Part shown: positions 24,174-37,292 of the stretch, piece by piece
How the letters are laid out: each line of letters begins with the position of its first letter
How positions within the stretch are numbered: the stretch's first letter is position 1
NCBI GenBank assembly: GCA_045837725.1
Contig: JBEWZL010000235.1
Location: forward strand, 372,001 to 436,000
Length of the DNA: 64,000 bases
From: Vermamoeba vermiformis
Lineage: Eukaryota
Reading direction: 5' to 3'
Translations under genes and position numbers: made by a program
The notes under the pieces: generated by a model
Told to the model about the DNA's origin: nothing
Databases searched by the model: none
The model's input: only the letters and a program-made list of their open reading frames with translations

Positions 24174-27144
24174 ATGGGCAACTCAAACAAAGGTGAGGCG
24201 AAGCAGGTCGTGGACCCACCATTAGAAGATAATGAAGAAGAGGTTGTGCTGTCAAATGGCGAGGATGAGGTGCCGGATGCAGATGCGTTTGTTGCTGTAT
24301 CCAGAACTCCCCCGACAAAAGAGCCAAAGGAGGAACAATGGACTTGGGAGATTATAGGAACGATGGACTTTATGGAATTGCCCGCAGAAGTTATAGATCT
24401 TGTATTTTCTTTCATGTCAGCGAAGCAGCTCGGTAAATCTGACTCAAAAAATGATTTTAGTATTTTTAATAATATAACAATATTATAGGATCGGTTTCTC
24501 GCGTATCCCACTTTTTCAATTCGTACAGGTAAGAAATAGAATTCAGATTTCGGTCGAAAATAATTTAAATTAAAAATCTCTTTGCAGTACTGCAGATGAA
24601 TACTGGCGTTTTCGATTCTTTTCCGATTGTGGCAAGCAAGTGTGCTTAGTTCCAACGAACGCTACTACTTGGAGAGATGCTTACAAAGAACAAACGAGAT
24701 TCGCAACAATTCAAGAGGCGATCAATGCGTCAGATGCGACGAAAAAGCGAATCATTATTCCTGCTGGCGTTTGGAATGAGGCATTAGTTATAGATGATAA
24801 GGACGTAGAGCTTGAAGGAGAAGAATTCGAGTTCCATTGGGATGATGAAGATCGCGTAGCTGAAAAGCGACTAAAAAAGCAAACAAAAGATTTGCCGCCA
24901 GATAACGTGGTACGTTTGATCATATAGTATTATATTGGAAATATATTTAACAACCTTGTACAGACCGATGATGAGATCAAGAAGAAAAAAGAAAAAGATC
25001 AGCAAAAAGATGTTGGTCGAACTGTCCTTACCAGCTCCTTATCTTCAATCTTCAATGTATATAAAGGCAAGCTCAAGATAAAGGTACGGCCCGGAATTTC
25101 AACGTACATTTCGAATTCCAATTCTCATTTTTTCGCATCTACATCCAGAACCTAGTGTTACGTGAGTACTCAGTTCCTCCGATCAAGCTCTTCTGCGTTT
25201 ATTGCGAGTCAGGCGATGAGCTCAGTATGGAGAACTGCGAGCTCTCAAGTCAATCTTTGAGCTGCATTCTTGTCCGGTACGCGCTCGATCCAAACGATTG
25301 GATCTTACTCGAAAATTTTATTTTAACGTTCATATGCTAATCAATCGTTATATATAGTGACCAATCCAAATTGCGCATGAAGAATTGCTACGTTAGTCGT
25401 GCAGGCCAAGCCGGAGTTTTTGCCTTGAACTCGGATGTCGAAGTGACCGATAGCTGTAAGATTTCCTCAATAGTACTAACATCATATTAATATATTGCGT
25501 GCTTAGTTTTTGAATACACGAACCATTCAGCAGTATTAGTCCGTGGCGACGAGTCGACATCCATCTTCCGCAACAACACGATGCGTGACGTGCGAAGTAA
25601 CGGCATTACATTCAATGCGATCAAAAAAGGAAGTGCTGTCATTGAGAACAATACTGTCATCAGATCTTCATTTTCGGTAAGCAATTCTCGCTTTGTTCTT
25701 TGTCGACGTGGGGATGTGGTTCAAAGCACTTTCATTTCCACTCACTAAGGATTAATTAATCAATTCGGTAATACCGAATACTAATATTAAATTAAACTAT
25801 AGTCCATATGGGTCTCTGACGCTGCAGAGGGAGTCGATGTCTCGATCCGTGGCAACAAATTGACGCACAGTCTGTCCATGGGACTTTGTTTGCAGTCCAT
25901 TGCTGTAAGTACAAATAACACATATTTCCATATAAGGCAATTACGAGAGCGAATCAAAGTTTGCAATGGCTAATCATTACATATAGAATCGCATGTTCGT
26001 CGAAGACAACACGATCTACCACACGATCAAAACAGCCTGTTGGGCCTCACAAGCTGACGTGCACATGTTGCGCAACAAAATTTCAATGAGCAAAGAACAC
26101 GGTACGACTTGATTACTACGTTAATCTAATTTTTCCCGTGGCTCTAAGCCATTTTTTTCAACGTGCATTGATTTGTTTGCACGATGAGAGGCTGATAATT
26201 GCTATATTTAGGCATGAAAATTGAACACAGCAAGGCGTTGGTGGAAGAAAACATTTTGGATCAAAATTTGTTTTCAGGTCTCGACTTGTCCAAGGTTGAA
26301 GCAGTCGTGCGCAAGAATCAAATGTCGCAGAATAACGTCGGAATTTACGTGTTCGGAGGAGGCTCCGTGGAGATTTCAGAGAACGAAGTGTTCAAGAACA
26401 AATTGAACGGCGTTGAAGTCAGAACTCCGTCAAAATTTAAATCTATTTCTGGCAACACGATTAGAAACAACGAAAATAACGGTAAGAATTCAATTCCGTA
26501 CCGTGTAGACCCGCACGGACTCATTTCCTTTTTAGGCATTCATATTGTCAAGGCACTCGACGACGTTCAAGATGTGACTGCGGAACAATTGAAAATGAGC
26601 AACAACGTGCACAACAATTGGAATGAAGACGCGCTCGTGGAGTTCAGAGACGTCTCGAAAGAAAACAACTTTCATCCGAACATCACCAAGATGCTTGAAG
26701 GCGAGGTCGATAACAGATCTGACAAGAATCCCAATAGAGAACGTAAGTACTCCAAAATTAATTATGTAGTCTTTTCAAGAATTTTGATTACACGTACGGC
26801 GATTTTTTACCTTTTGGAACAATTTTTTTCTCACTGAACGTCATTTATTAATGCAATTCATTTTGTTAGTGACTGAAGAGATCAAAGAAGCTTATCGCCG
26901 TTATGTTTGCACGTATGCCACGACAGGCAATCACTTCCACGATCAGTACTGGTACACGTGTGTCACGTGCGGATTGGTCGAGAACGAAGGTCTCTGCGCT
27001 GTCTGCAAAGATCGCTGTCACAAGGGACACCAAGTCCAATTGCAAGTCGCGTTCAGCGGATTTTTCTGCGACTGCGGCGCAGCACGTGCTTGCAGCGCAT
27101 TGAAAGAAGCAGGTGCCGATGAACAGCAGCACAGTCATCATTAA
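24174..27144 (+). CDS. FBXO11: FBXO11-like: F-box + parallel beta-helix (PbH1/CASH) repeats + C-terminal UBR zinc finger
   Basis: F-box LPAEVIDLVFSFM; TIQEAIN..IPAGVWNE; repeated N.I..N..GI motifs; UBR box CTYATTG..WYTCVTC..LCAVCKDRCHKGH..FFCDCG. Confidence 0.82.
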
Positions 27145-27237
27145 GCGGAATAATTACGCTTTTTAGCTCGCATCCTAAAAATTCCTTTTGTTTTCTCTTT
27201 TTTGTTAATAAAATCCTTTTTTATCGTCATCAGAAAC

Positions 27238-27261
27238 TAATTAATTAATTAATTAATTAAT
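27238..27261. repeat. (TAAT)6 microsatellite
   Basis: Six tandem TAAT units read directly. Confidence 0.9.
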
Positions 27262-27849
27262 CTAGCCTGGCAACTGGCATTATTCTACAAAAATAGGAAA
27301 TGACAGTGCTCTACGACAGTAAAGTTTCAAAATGACAGCAGGTGTCATTCGGTAAGGAATCGAAATGTTCACTAATTGGAAGGCAAATAATGCTGTCGTA
27401 GGATCTTCGTTTACTTCTCATCATTGTTACTAATTCTTCTCGGATGTGCCAGACAGAATCTTTCGTAATGAATCGAATGACACGCGTCATTTGGTTCACG
27501 CTTGACAACACAATAAAATCAGTGCAGTTTTTACTTGATTTCTCTTATTCTTCTCATACGAGCACAACAACAATAAGCGAATTGATTATATTATTGTTTT
27601 ATTGCCGATTATGAGAGCTAAATTAAACGAGCTTCCTGCCGCGTTGATGGCAACCTTCATCTTTGTCTTGATCCAATACGTAAGATCTGAAACGAATTCG
27701 ACCGTCATATCATTAACAGCGTTATCTACTATAAGGGACTGTTCTTCTTTCTTCTGGTGACCAGTATTCAGCTGTTGGGCAGAGTTTCTGTCGCACTTGA
27801 CCAAAATGAGTTAGGAGCGAGAGTTAGTAACCAAAGCAAGCATTTAACA

Positions 27850-28492
27850 ATGTTCGGACAAATAGCAATACCCGCACCGTTATTTTCAGGCTGCGTTAGT
27901 ACTCTAGGTACGTATTAAAGTGTTGTCAACATAACGCACAGATCTGACGTTGAAATTTCAGGTATTATTGCTGTTTTATACTGGCAGCATAGACGACCTT
28001 CGTTTCAATTAATGGTGACAGTACGTAGTGTATTATAATTAAATCCTCCTAATACCTTCCCCATTCCAAGTACGTCGTATTTCAGTTGTTCGCATCCGCG
28101 TACTGTCTAACTGTTGGCGGCGCTTTTCCATACTTTGATAGCGACTATTTAATGAATCAGTGCGCCCAAATCAAGTCAGATTGCGAAAGTAAGTCAAGTT
28201 TATAAACTTTGTTCGCGAAACTAAGCCGATCTTTCAGGTTGTAATTGGAACACTAATTCTCTGACGGGCTGTTGCATAATGAGCGAGCCTAATTATCAAA
28301 CGTATTGCCAGACCAAGTTAATTGCAAGTCAGATTCTATCTATTTGTCTACTAATTAATGGCGCAATATCGGTAAGCTATCGAGTATCCGTTGTTGAACA
28401 TCGTTCTGATTTTTGTCATTTAGTTTGCTGCAATTATCAGCGGATCTTTTGGCGCTAAAATTATTAGACAAAGACCTAAGGACGTAAAATAA
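27850..28492 (+). CDS. Small multi-TM protein with Cys-rich loop; 5' end uncertain (may begin near 27333)
   Basis: Five short exons with GT-AG introns splice in frame: ..GCVSTLGIIAVLYWQ..YVVFQLFASAYCLTVGG..CAQIKSDC..CC..C..ILSICLLINGAISFAAIISG..KDVK*. Confidence 0.55.
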
Positions 28493-29034
28493 ATTAATGG
28501 ACGTAGATTTGTTGTTATTTTAATTTCATCATTAATGGAAATTGTCTCCTGAACAAATCCCATCCGTCGATTTTACTCACCAGCAACATTTATCGCTTCT
28601 TCTTCTTAACGTACGAAAGATAAAAATTAACCAATTTTTGATCCTGCCCTCGCACCCGCGTGGTGCTCAATGTGGTTAAGCGAAGATAACTAAATTAAAA
28701 CTTTTTTGTAACTCACCCACACAGCTTGGTGGTCTTACCCTACAATGATTATGCTCCACAAGTAGACAAATGGACAAGAATTCTTGTTCTCGCGGTTCTG
28801 GATTCTTGTTGCCATCCTGGATTCTCCTAGATTGGATGTAGATCCTTTTCAACAATTTTAGTTTGACCTCCAAAAAATGTAGTGAACGTGCACAGTGGGC
28901 AAGATCAATATTTTTATCAAGGAAATATTTTTACCGCCTTTTGAAAATATCTGGGCTAGGACCACAGAATCACATAAGTCGGGCCCCTGCGTGTTCACTT
29001 GGGGTCGCAATTCAAAAAAAAGCGCACTCAATTG

Positions 29035-30645
29035 GATGAAACATTATCGCTACAATTAATGGTAAGTATTACTATTTGTATCAACCATTACTAACTGATC
29101 GTTCGCCAGGATCTTCCTCCGGTGCTTCATTTTGAAGTCAGCCCGTCATCTCCTTCAGATAAATACAATATGACAGTTATATTACAAGTAGCGTAAGTTC
29201 TTAGCCTTATGAATAGCGATAGAGGACGTGGATCCGTGATCGACCAAATTTTGTTTTACGTACGCTATCGATCGAATCTAACGCCTTATTATTGTATAGA
29301 TATGACAATGATAAGAGCATATTGCCAGTAATACACTTAATTTTAAAGTCTAGAAATTCAGTCCTGATACCGCATCTGAATTCCATCAAGCTTTCTTTAT
29401 TGCAAAAGGTAATTGCATGGTAATAATGATGTTGATTTACAAGTAATTAACATTATTATAGGCAAGAAAGTATATTGGGCGCTATAATATAACGGATATT
29501 TTGGTTAAATGCCTGCGGCGTACTTTAAACAAATTTCAAAGCAAATACACGAAGAATTCTAAAGCTGTCAACGATAGTATAGTACTTACATCGATATTTG
29601 AATACCTTGACTTGGCTACAATAGTCGGTGAGTCGTTTGTATCTCGGATTAAAATGTTGATCTGACTGTTATACTTCAGAAACGCTTCCGCTAGTTTCGA
29701 AAGCATGGTATAAAGCATCTAATAGCGATTTATTATGGTACGCGCTGTATGATTGCTATTTTCCGTTCGAAGCACAGCAGATCGAGAGAATCCTAACGGG
29801 ACCTTGGAAAACTTTGTTCCTTACAAGAGGTACGCGAAGTCATCTTATGCTTACATTGTTATTAATACTATTAATAGACTTTGAAAATACCAATCGATTG
29901 CTGAATGAAACTGGCTGGCGGATCTTAACTGTACACAAGCGCATTGGGACCGCAGATCTTTGGGGCGAAGAACGTTCATGGCAAGAATATGTAAAGCAAA
30001 GTATACTATCGACATGTAGCAACGGAGTTAATGGCACTTTTATGCGAAGCTCTAATTCAGTAGGAAGTTTAAACAAATTTCTATTGGACGAAGCAGATCC
30101 GGCAGCTGAGTACGAAGGAGTGATCAGCGAATGGCAATATGGATGGAAGAGCGCATGTTATATTAAATGTTACTCATTACGAGCAGCTAAGCGATTTTTT
30201 GGGGCGTACGTTCAAGCGCGCATCCGGAAACTAGAAGAAAGATGTCCTTTCGTTGGCAATATGGTCGGAATTTTATGTTATCAAGCGAACTATAAAGAAT
30301 TTGAGAAGGTATGCGCTAAATATAGATTTAAAGCAGTAAGCGAAAGGCGGATGTAACTGATCCTATTTTTAGAACACGCTTATCCGGGCTACTAGAGGCT
30401 TACAAATAGTTCCAAATGAAGTAGGAAGGTCATATCCACGAATCAGAAGCATAATAATGGAAAAATTGGTTAAAGTACAAGAGGGTCAGGCCGGATCGAC
30501 TCTTTTGCTGCTTACAAAAAATTGCTTTTTCTTGGAGCCCTTCTCGCCTGGGAGCCATACTAAGTATTGCCTTGCTTTAGCAAGGCATTTACACTATCGG
30601 CTTGATCAGCTGTACAAAATTTGGGTGCTGTATTTTTACGAATAA
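29035..30645 (+). CDS. RWD-like + F-box + unknown C-terminal domain, copy 1 (no in-frame ATG at the expected start)
   Basis: Exons align with 34879-36951: LHFEVSP..VILQV, PVIHLI..LIPHL, ARKYIG, F-box VLTSIFEYL..TLPLVSKAW..LW, TVHKRIGTADLW, CPFV. Confidence 0.65.
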
Positions 30646-30913
30646 TAAATGCGAAGATAACACGATCAACAGCCGGCATATATTTTACTAGAAGTTGTAT
30701 TAATATAGCATATTATTCTGGCTCTACCTCTAAAGGAACAACGTGTAGCCAGATCCCTAAAATCCACAAGGCGAATCTCGTAATTGTTCGTCCAAAAAAA
30801 TATTGGAAGGGTTTTAGAAGTTGCTAACGATTATTGCCGACATAAATAGCAGGTAATTACAATTTTTTGTAATTTACGCTAATTTTCTAATTAATTTAAT
30901 TTCGCTTGTAAGT

Positions 30914-33775
30914 ATGGAGTCATCTGATAGCCTAACAAGTTACGTGGCGCAAGTAGTCAACTTATTCAAAGAAATTTTGAATGATTCTTCGCCCCTAAGT
31001 CCGTGGAGCTGCGATCAAGCGGTTGAGCGGATTAGCTCTGCCGGTACTTTGATCCAGCAAGCTGTTCAATGCTTTCTTGAATTTCCAAATATTCCTTTGT
31101 ACAATCTTGAAAGCGGTCAAATAACTCGGACAGAGGAATTATTATCTGCAATGATTGACTGCGACGGAGTTACAGAGGCTTTATCAGCTTGGCGCGGAGA
31201 AGTTAAACAAAATATTTTGCACTTCGCGTTTAAAGAACAAGATTCATTTTTGCTAAGGTATATTAGTTATATTAATATGTTCCTAATAATAACAACCGCA
31301 TTCATACCTAGGTTGTTAGCCAAGAAGAAAATTGGAGCAGATCTTGTGCTGGAACGGGATCAACACGGGCATCCACCAATTTCAAGGCAAAATACCGAAC
31401 ATTGCTTGCTTATAAAGGACATGCACTTGGAAGAGATACAAGCAATGGTTAAAAAGCTATTACTAAGCAAATACCGAAGCCAATGTTTTCCGCGAATTTT
31501 ACTGCCGCATTTGCAGTTCAACCAAGAAGACAAGATCAAATGCGAGCAAATTTTGAACCAAATGAGTTCATATGACCTGCACTACGAGGAATTTCTTTAT
31601 GATGTTTGGTACAAGGCAGCACAGACTTGTCCGTCAAGGTAATGCAACTTTGATCTTTTTTTCGATCTACCTTATTAGCATAGGTGTAATTTATTATAAA
31701 TTACAATTTTTTTACATTAAATATCTTGTTTGAATTCGAAAGATATTTTTTGGCTTTGGATCTGTAACTTAACTCACTCGTTTCACTAGCAACGACATTA
31801 CTATGGCCACGAAGATCATTGATGTATTGGTACAAAATCATTTACAATATGCAAAAGGAAGCTTATTGCACAACATGCTGCAGTCATATCCAAATATCGA
31901 CGTCGATCACCTTGTCACATATGTGCAATATTGGCCACGCCCTGGCTCGCACTTTGTAGCTGCGTATATTCGTAGTAACGAAGCACCGTATTGGCTCGTA
32001 AAAGCAATATTGGGGACTACTCTCAACGGTACAGTCGTTCTATTAATTATTTTCAATGCGTGGATCCACCAGAGTTCTAATGTTTTTATTAGACTGCAAT
32101 GAAAATTGGATCAAAAAACAATTGGCAAAGAAAACAACCCTGGACGAGTCGTTAGTCGAGAAAGAGACGGTCTCATACTTCCATTACTTCGAAGCGTTAC
32201 CAGAAGACCTGTTGTATTACTTGATATCGCACTTGCACTTCAAACAAGTCATCGCGCTGTCACGTGCCAACAAGCGAATGTTTCGATTGGTCAACGAAAG
32301 TCAACACGTTTGGGGACAGCTCGGACACAAATATTTCAACGAATTGCGCATCACAAGCGCAAGAAATTTCGGCCAAAAATACAAGTAAGATAAGCGAGCT
32401 AATAATAGAGATTGAGATTAATTATTTTCGTCAGATCCAAATTCCGTACCGGGAAATTATTGCATCATTTCGGACCTAACCAAAGCTACAAAATTTCGAT
32501 TGAATTAAATGGACAGAGCGCGCTATTGGTTCAATCTGACGGTGCCATATTACTGCTGCGAACGAATTGCTTGGATCAGCCAAAGAAACGAAGAAAACAG
32601 TTGCAAAAAATTCAACTCGAAGCAGCAATAAGGCGGTCAGCAAGATTGTTCAAAGATCATATTTTCATACTTACAGCACCGCTTAACAATGAACGCCGAT
32701 TGAAAAAGTGCGTCACTATCATCGATACCAATGATACGCAGCGGAAGTATCACATTGATTGTCCATATATAGACAACAATCCGTACTTCACTATTGATGA
32801 AAAGACATTGCTCGCTAAAGGTTTGTACCATATTTTTTTTCGACAAACTTTATTCTCACAGCTTAACATTATTGACAATCGATACTTTTTCATGTGAAAA
32901 GTTAACTGCCTAACGATCTAGCAAAATAATCGATTTATTTCTATCTCGCTATTTTATGGCCGAAATAAGGTGCCCTGATGCACGATTCTTGCCAGATTAT
33001 TTTGACAATTTTTGTCCGAGATTACAAAGTTATTTCGATTTTTTTGTTTTCAAATTGATAGCGTAACATCAAATTCAAATCGTAGTTTGAGTTTTTTAAG
33101 ATTTTTAATCGCATTACTGAGATTTTTTCAGGTTTTGCGATGGACTTGGCTTCAGAACGAATAACGGAACAGAACTGGAACCTCGATTTATCTAAGTGGA
33201 TCATTCAAGACGGCATTATATACGGCTCTCAAATTGTCAGATATTTTGAGGAAACTGGATCCAGTACGGCTTGCCTGAAACTTTTTGACCAAAGAACACC
33301 TGAAAAATTAGCGGCAGCCTTACATTTACAAAATTTACGATGCTTTAATGTCAGTGATCATGATATATACGCAGTAACATCGCACATTATGCAGTGGGAC
33401 AAACGGTTTTTATCGCATCCCGTACGACAGTCCTCGGATCCGTACTATTCCTCAAAAAACATCGTACGTTGCATTTATATGATTATATTTAAGCTTAACT
33501 AATGAAATTAATCGCAGGTAACAGGTTATCCGGCAATAGATCTGACTTCCATGACAGTCATTGGCCCGGATCAGATTTGGGATCTGACCGACTTCACTTG
33601 GCAGTTACAAAAGCCCGTTAGAGTACCGCCTCGTATAACTACTAATGGTATTTTGGTGGCTTATAAATCAGGCGCTGTTGACATTCGCCAGAATCCTTGC
33701 ACCTACGCTCATAGTCCTCTCGCTCATACGCAGGCAGTATTAAATTGTAATATTCGTGAGGGACATTTGATTTAA
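30914..33775 (+). CDS. Ankyrin-like N-terminus + F-box + probable degenerate beta-propeller C-terminus
   Basis: NILHFAF, RDQHGHPP, SLLHNML; F-box LPEDLLYYLISHLHFKQVIALSRANKRM..VW; LKLFDQR, IMQWDKR, QIWDL, YKSGAVDI. Confidence 0.65.
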
Positions 33776-34053
33776 ATAAAATGTTTGCTGGCCACATTTA
33801 AGAGGAGTTAGCCTTCATATTACCTTCGAACAAAACAAGATTTTTGGCAAATTTCCGTGTGAAAATGGGTATGGGTTGGGGGGGGGGGCGAAAAGAAAAA
33901 AAAAAATCTGCTGGAACTATTCCGCGCTAATGATTAAACCCTAGTATTGGTCAAGTTTTGGTTCAAACCGCCATGAAGTGCGAATTCGTTTATTCTTATT
34001 GTATGATACATTGGATTTAATAAATAGAGTCAGTTTAAAATCTTCGTAAATGG

Positions 34054-34487
34054 CTAACAGCAGCAGCTCTTCTTTTTCTTTTTCTTCTTGTCAGCTTTCT
34101 TATGAGATCTCAAGGCATTAAGAAACTCTTTGAACCTAATTAGCGAGTATTAGAACGAGATCCAATCGTATCAAAATTATAAACGGGATTTTTCTCATGT
34201 CGGGAATCAATTACTTGCCAGTAAATAGAAACTTACATAATATTGCCATTTCCGTCCCTATCCAAGTCGTCCAAGCTTTCTTCTCCGATCTTGCGGAGAA
34301 CGGGATCATCTAGCTTGTTGATCGCTTTTTTCAGTTCTTTTATCGACACCTGGCCGTTGCCATCCTTATCAACGCTCTGATAGAGCTTTTGCATTTTTGT
34401 CAGCTGCTCATCTGTAATTAACTGCAGTACAAAGTCAGATCGGGGTAAGAGTATTACTGATCTCGCTTTCATTGGACTTACCGACAT
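34054..34487 (-). CDS. Two-EF-hand calcium-binding protein ending in a polybasic/Cys tail
   Basis: Three exons: MS-LITDEQL..DKDGNGQVSIKE..DRDGNGNIMFKEF..ADKKKKKKKSCCC*. Confidence 0.82.
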
Positions 34488-34878
34488 CTTTACCAATTAA
34501 CGCTGATTGAATTGTTGTATTCCTTCACAATATTACTTCAATTTAATTCATTTTTATATCGGTTGAAGCGTAATTACTCGGTTTCCCGAGTTTTATTCAA
34601 CGAAAAGCTCACAAATCATGCGGAAGTAAAGATTTGGATCTGCACGTAATGAGCAAACATAGTTGATATCAAGCTTGCGTAAATAAATTGTTTGAGCGCA
34701 CAACAGAGAAAAAGTTCCGAACCACCTGAAATTTCTGTTGATCTCCCCTCGCGAGTAGAGACCAGGAAGTTCGTTCATTCTGAGAAGTAATGACTACTTG
34801 GTAGCAACGCTGAAAACTTTTTTTTTCCATTTTATGAAGCAAGATTAACCAACAGAAGAGATTAGTTTCAACGGCTTG

Positions 34879-36951
34879 ATGGCGGATGTGAATACCGAAC
34901 AGCAATACGAAATCGAAGCTTTGCAAGCGATATTTGGTGTGAGTAATTAATTGTTAATTATGACGAGCTGTGCAAGTATTAACGGTGTTTGATCTAGGAT
35001 GAGTTGCAGATCGTGTCAAATAATTTATTTAAATTGGAAATATTTCCACAAGAAGAGAAAAATAAGCAAGTTAGCATAATATTTCAGTTCGAGTAAGTTT
35101 TGACTGCAAATAAAATAATTAATAATTTTTTAACTTTACTCTCGCGAGATCTGTCATTAACGCGTAATATTTAGGCTGCCTAACGATTATCCTAATACAC
35201 CACCAATCATTAAGTTATCTAATTCACGAGGAACTTTATTACGGCCACATTTATCCTCGTTATTAGAATTAGTTCAAAACCAGGTAAACTTAATTTTATT
35301 TAATTATCAACAAATATTAATTCTTTAATAGGCCCAGCGACAAATAGGTCACGCGATGATATTTGAATTAACAGAATTTTTGCGCGAGAAATTAGATCAG
35401 TTTTGCAACGACCTCGCGATGGGGTCATTTTTGAACCTTCAGAACGAAGTCTATTTTCTCATTTTCGGACAAGTGCCACCGCAAATAGTAGCCAGTAAGT
35501 CCTACTATACATTAATAACAATATATATAATATCAATTACTCGGACGTTCGGTAAAAGTTGCTGGATCTGGTCCCATAGCAAATAATGAATTTCAATTAT
35601 TTTAAATATTTCCTAATTTGGTATCGTTTAGCCACTTTGCCGTTAGTTTGCAAGGCGTGGAAGTCTATAGCAAGCGATGAATATTTATGGCAGAGCCTCT
35701 GTTACAATTTGTATCCTTCAACCGAAGCGCCAATCGAAAAATCACAAGAAACTTGGAAGAAAGAGTACTTTTATTTAAGTAAGTCCCAATTAACTATATA
35801 TTAAATAATAAGGCTGGTATTAGTATACTACGGCGGCTTAAATTTACGGAAAAATAGATCTGCGATTTTTTTTATTTCGAATCAAAATACCGCCACAAAT
35901 TCGAAAATCGCGTTGAATATTAAATCGATTATATTAATTACGAATATTAATATTGTACAAATTAGATAAAGAAGTGTACGCTCAGTTTTTGCGGAGAGGA
36001 TTCTCCGTCTTCACGGTGCACCGTAGAGTCGGTACCGCGGATATTTGGAGCGATAAATTGGATTGGAAGAAGAATTTGATTCGCGAAATATCCGAAAAAG
36101 GATTTGAATTGGCACCAGAAAAAGTGTTAGAAGAGTACGATAAGACTCAACGTGGCAAGACAGATCCAAACTTTTTACGATTGTGGGAGGACGATGAAGA
36201 TACAGAAGGTGCTTATGAAGGGTATATTAAAGTGCCTAATGTCGATAAACGTAAGTTATATTCGTAATAACGAGAGGTAAACAAAAAGTATTCATTTTTT
36301 CACGGCCACAATCTAGATTTTTTTTTTCATCATTAAACCACGTGCTAATTTACTGCCATATATAGCTATTGGAATTTACAAAATTTATTCCGCGAAAAGT
36401 CTAGCGCGGTTAGTCCGTCCCCAGTACCACGTGCAAGTACTCGACACTTTCATCAAAGAATGTCCTTATGTTGATGAAGCGTTTGGTGCCGTGGCATTTG
36501 CATTTCCATCGAGAACTAATTGGGAGTTTGGATTTAAGAAAGTAAGTATATTATATATACATATATATCTATTCTTAATCAGCAAAATTAAAAATAAGAT
36601 CCGGATCGCAAGCCCACGATTTCTTCTTATTAACGTAATTTCCTTTTTTAGGCATTAGCTATTTCGTCACGTGGCATTCATATCAGAAAAGAGGGATTGA
36701 GAATGCGTGCGACAAGATTGTTGGATAAGGTCTCGTTTTCAGTGGCACCAGTCTTCGGCGGCAAAAAGTTGATTGGCTTGCAATACTGGATGGAAGAACA
36801 ATTGACTTTATTAGAGCCGTTGAACGAGCAGACGATGGCACGTGGCACTGAGTACGTCAAAAATCTGAAAGAGCAGCTGAAAGGCAAACAATCGACTTTT
36901 ATGTTGACTTTTTGGGTCGTAACGCATTCCGCGGTGACATTTCCCTTGTAA
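34879..36951 (+). CDS. RWD + F-box + unknown C-terminal domain, copy 2
   Basis: RWD EQQYEIEALQAIFG, LPNDYPNTPP, GHAMIFELTEFLRE; F-box LQNEVYFLIFGQV..LPLVCKAWKSIASDEYLWQ; TVHRRVGTADIW; CPYV. Confidence 0.8.
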
Positions 36952-37292
36952 AAATTGTAAATACAACTCAAAATTATTTTTTTAATGACTATCATTTCTT
37001 TTTTCGGATCGCGATCTTTTGTGCTAAAAATTGTTTTCTTGTGATACCAATGGGTCGTTGTGCGCAAAAGTTGTTAAGCTAGTAATACTGGTAAGACTAT
37101 AGTAACAAGAGAATCAACTTGAACATTGTTTGACACTCAATCCGATCCAAATGGTACCGAAATATACCTGAGGCCCTAACGGGCTCCGTGGCTTGCTTAA
37201 ACCAGCCCTTATATCGAAACCTTACGCTGAAAATCTTAGAAAGAGCTCCCAAAGCTGTGTTATCGAAAATTTATTTTAGGATGCTTGATCGC

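Noticed and set aside
28627-28679. piggyBac-like mini element TTAACCA..TGGTTAA
   Set aside because: The inverted match extends only 3 bp beyond TTAA, which is expected by chance in AT-rich DNA.
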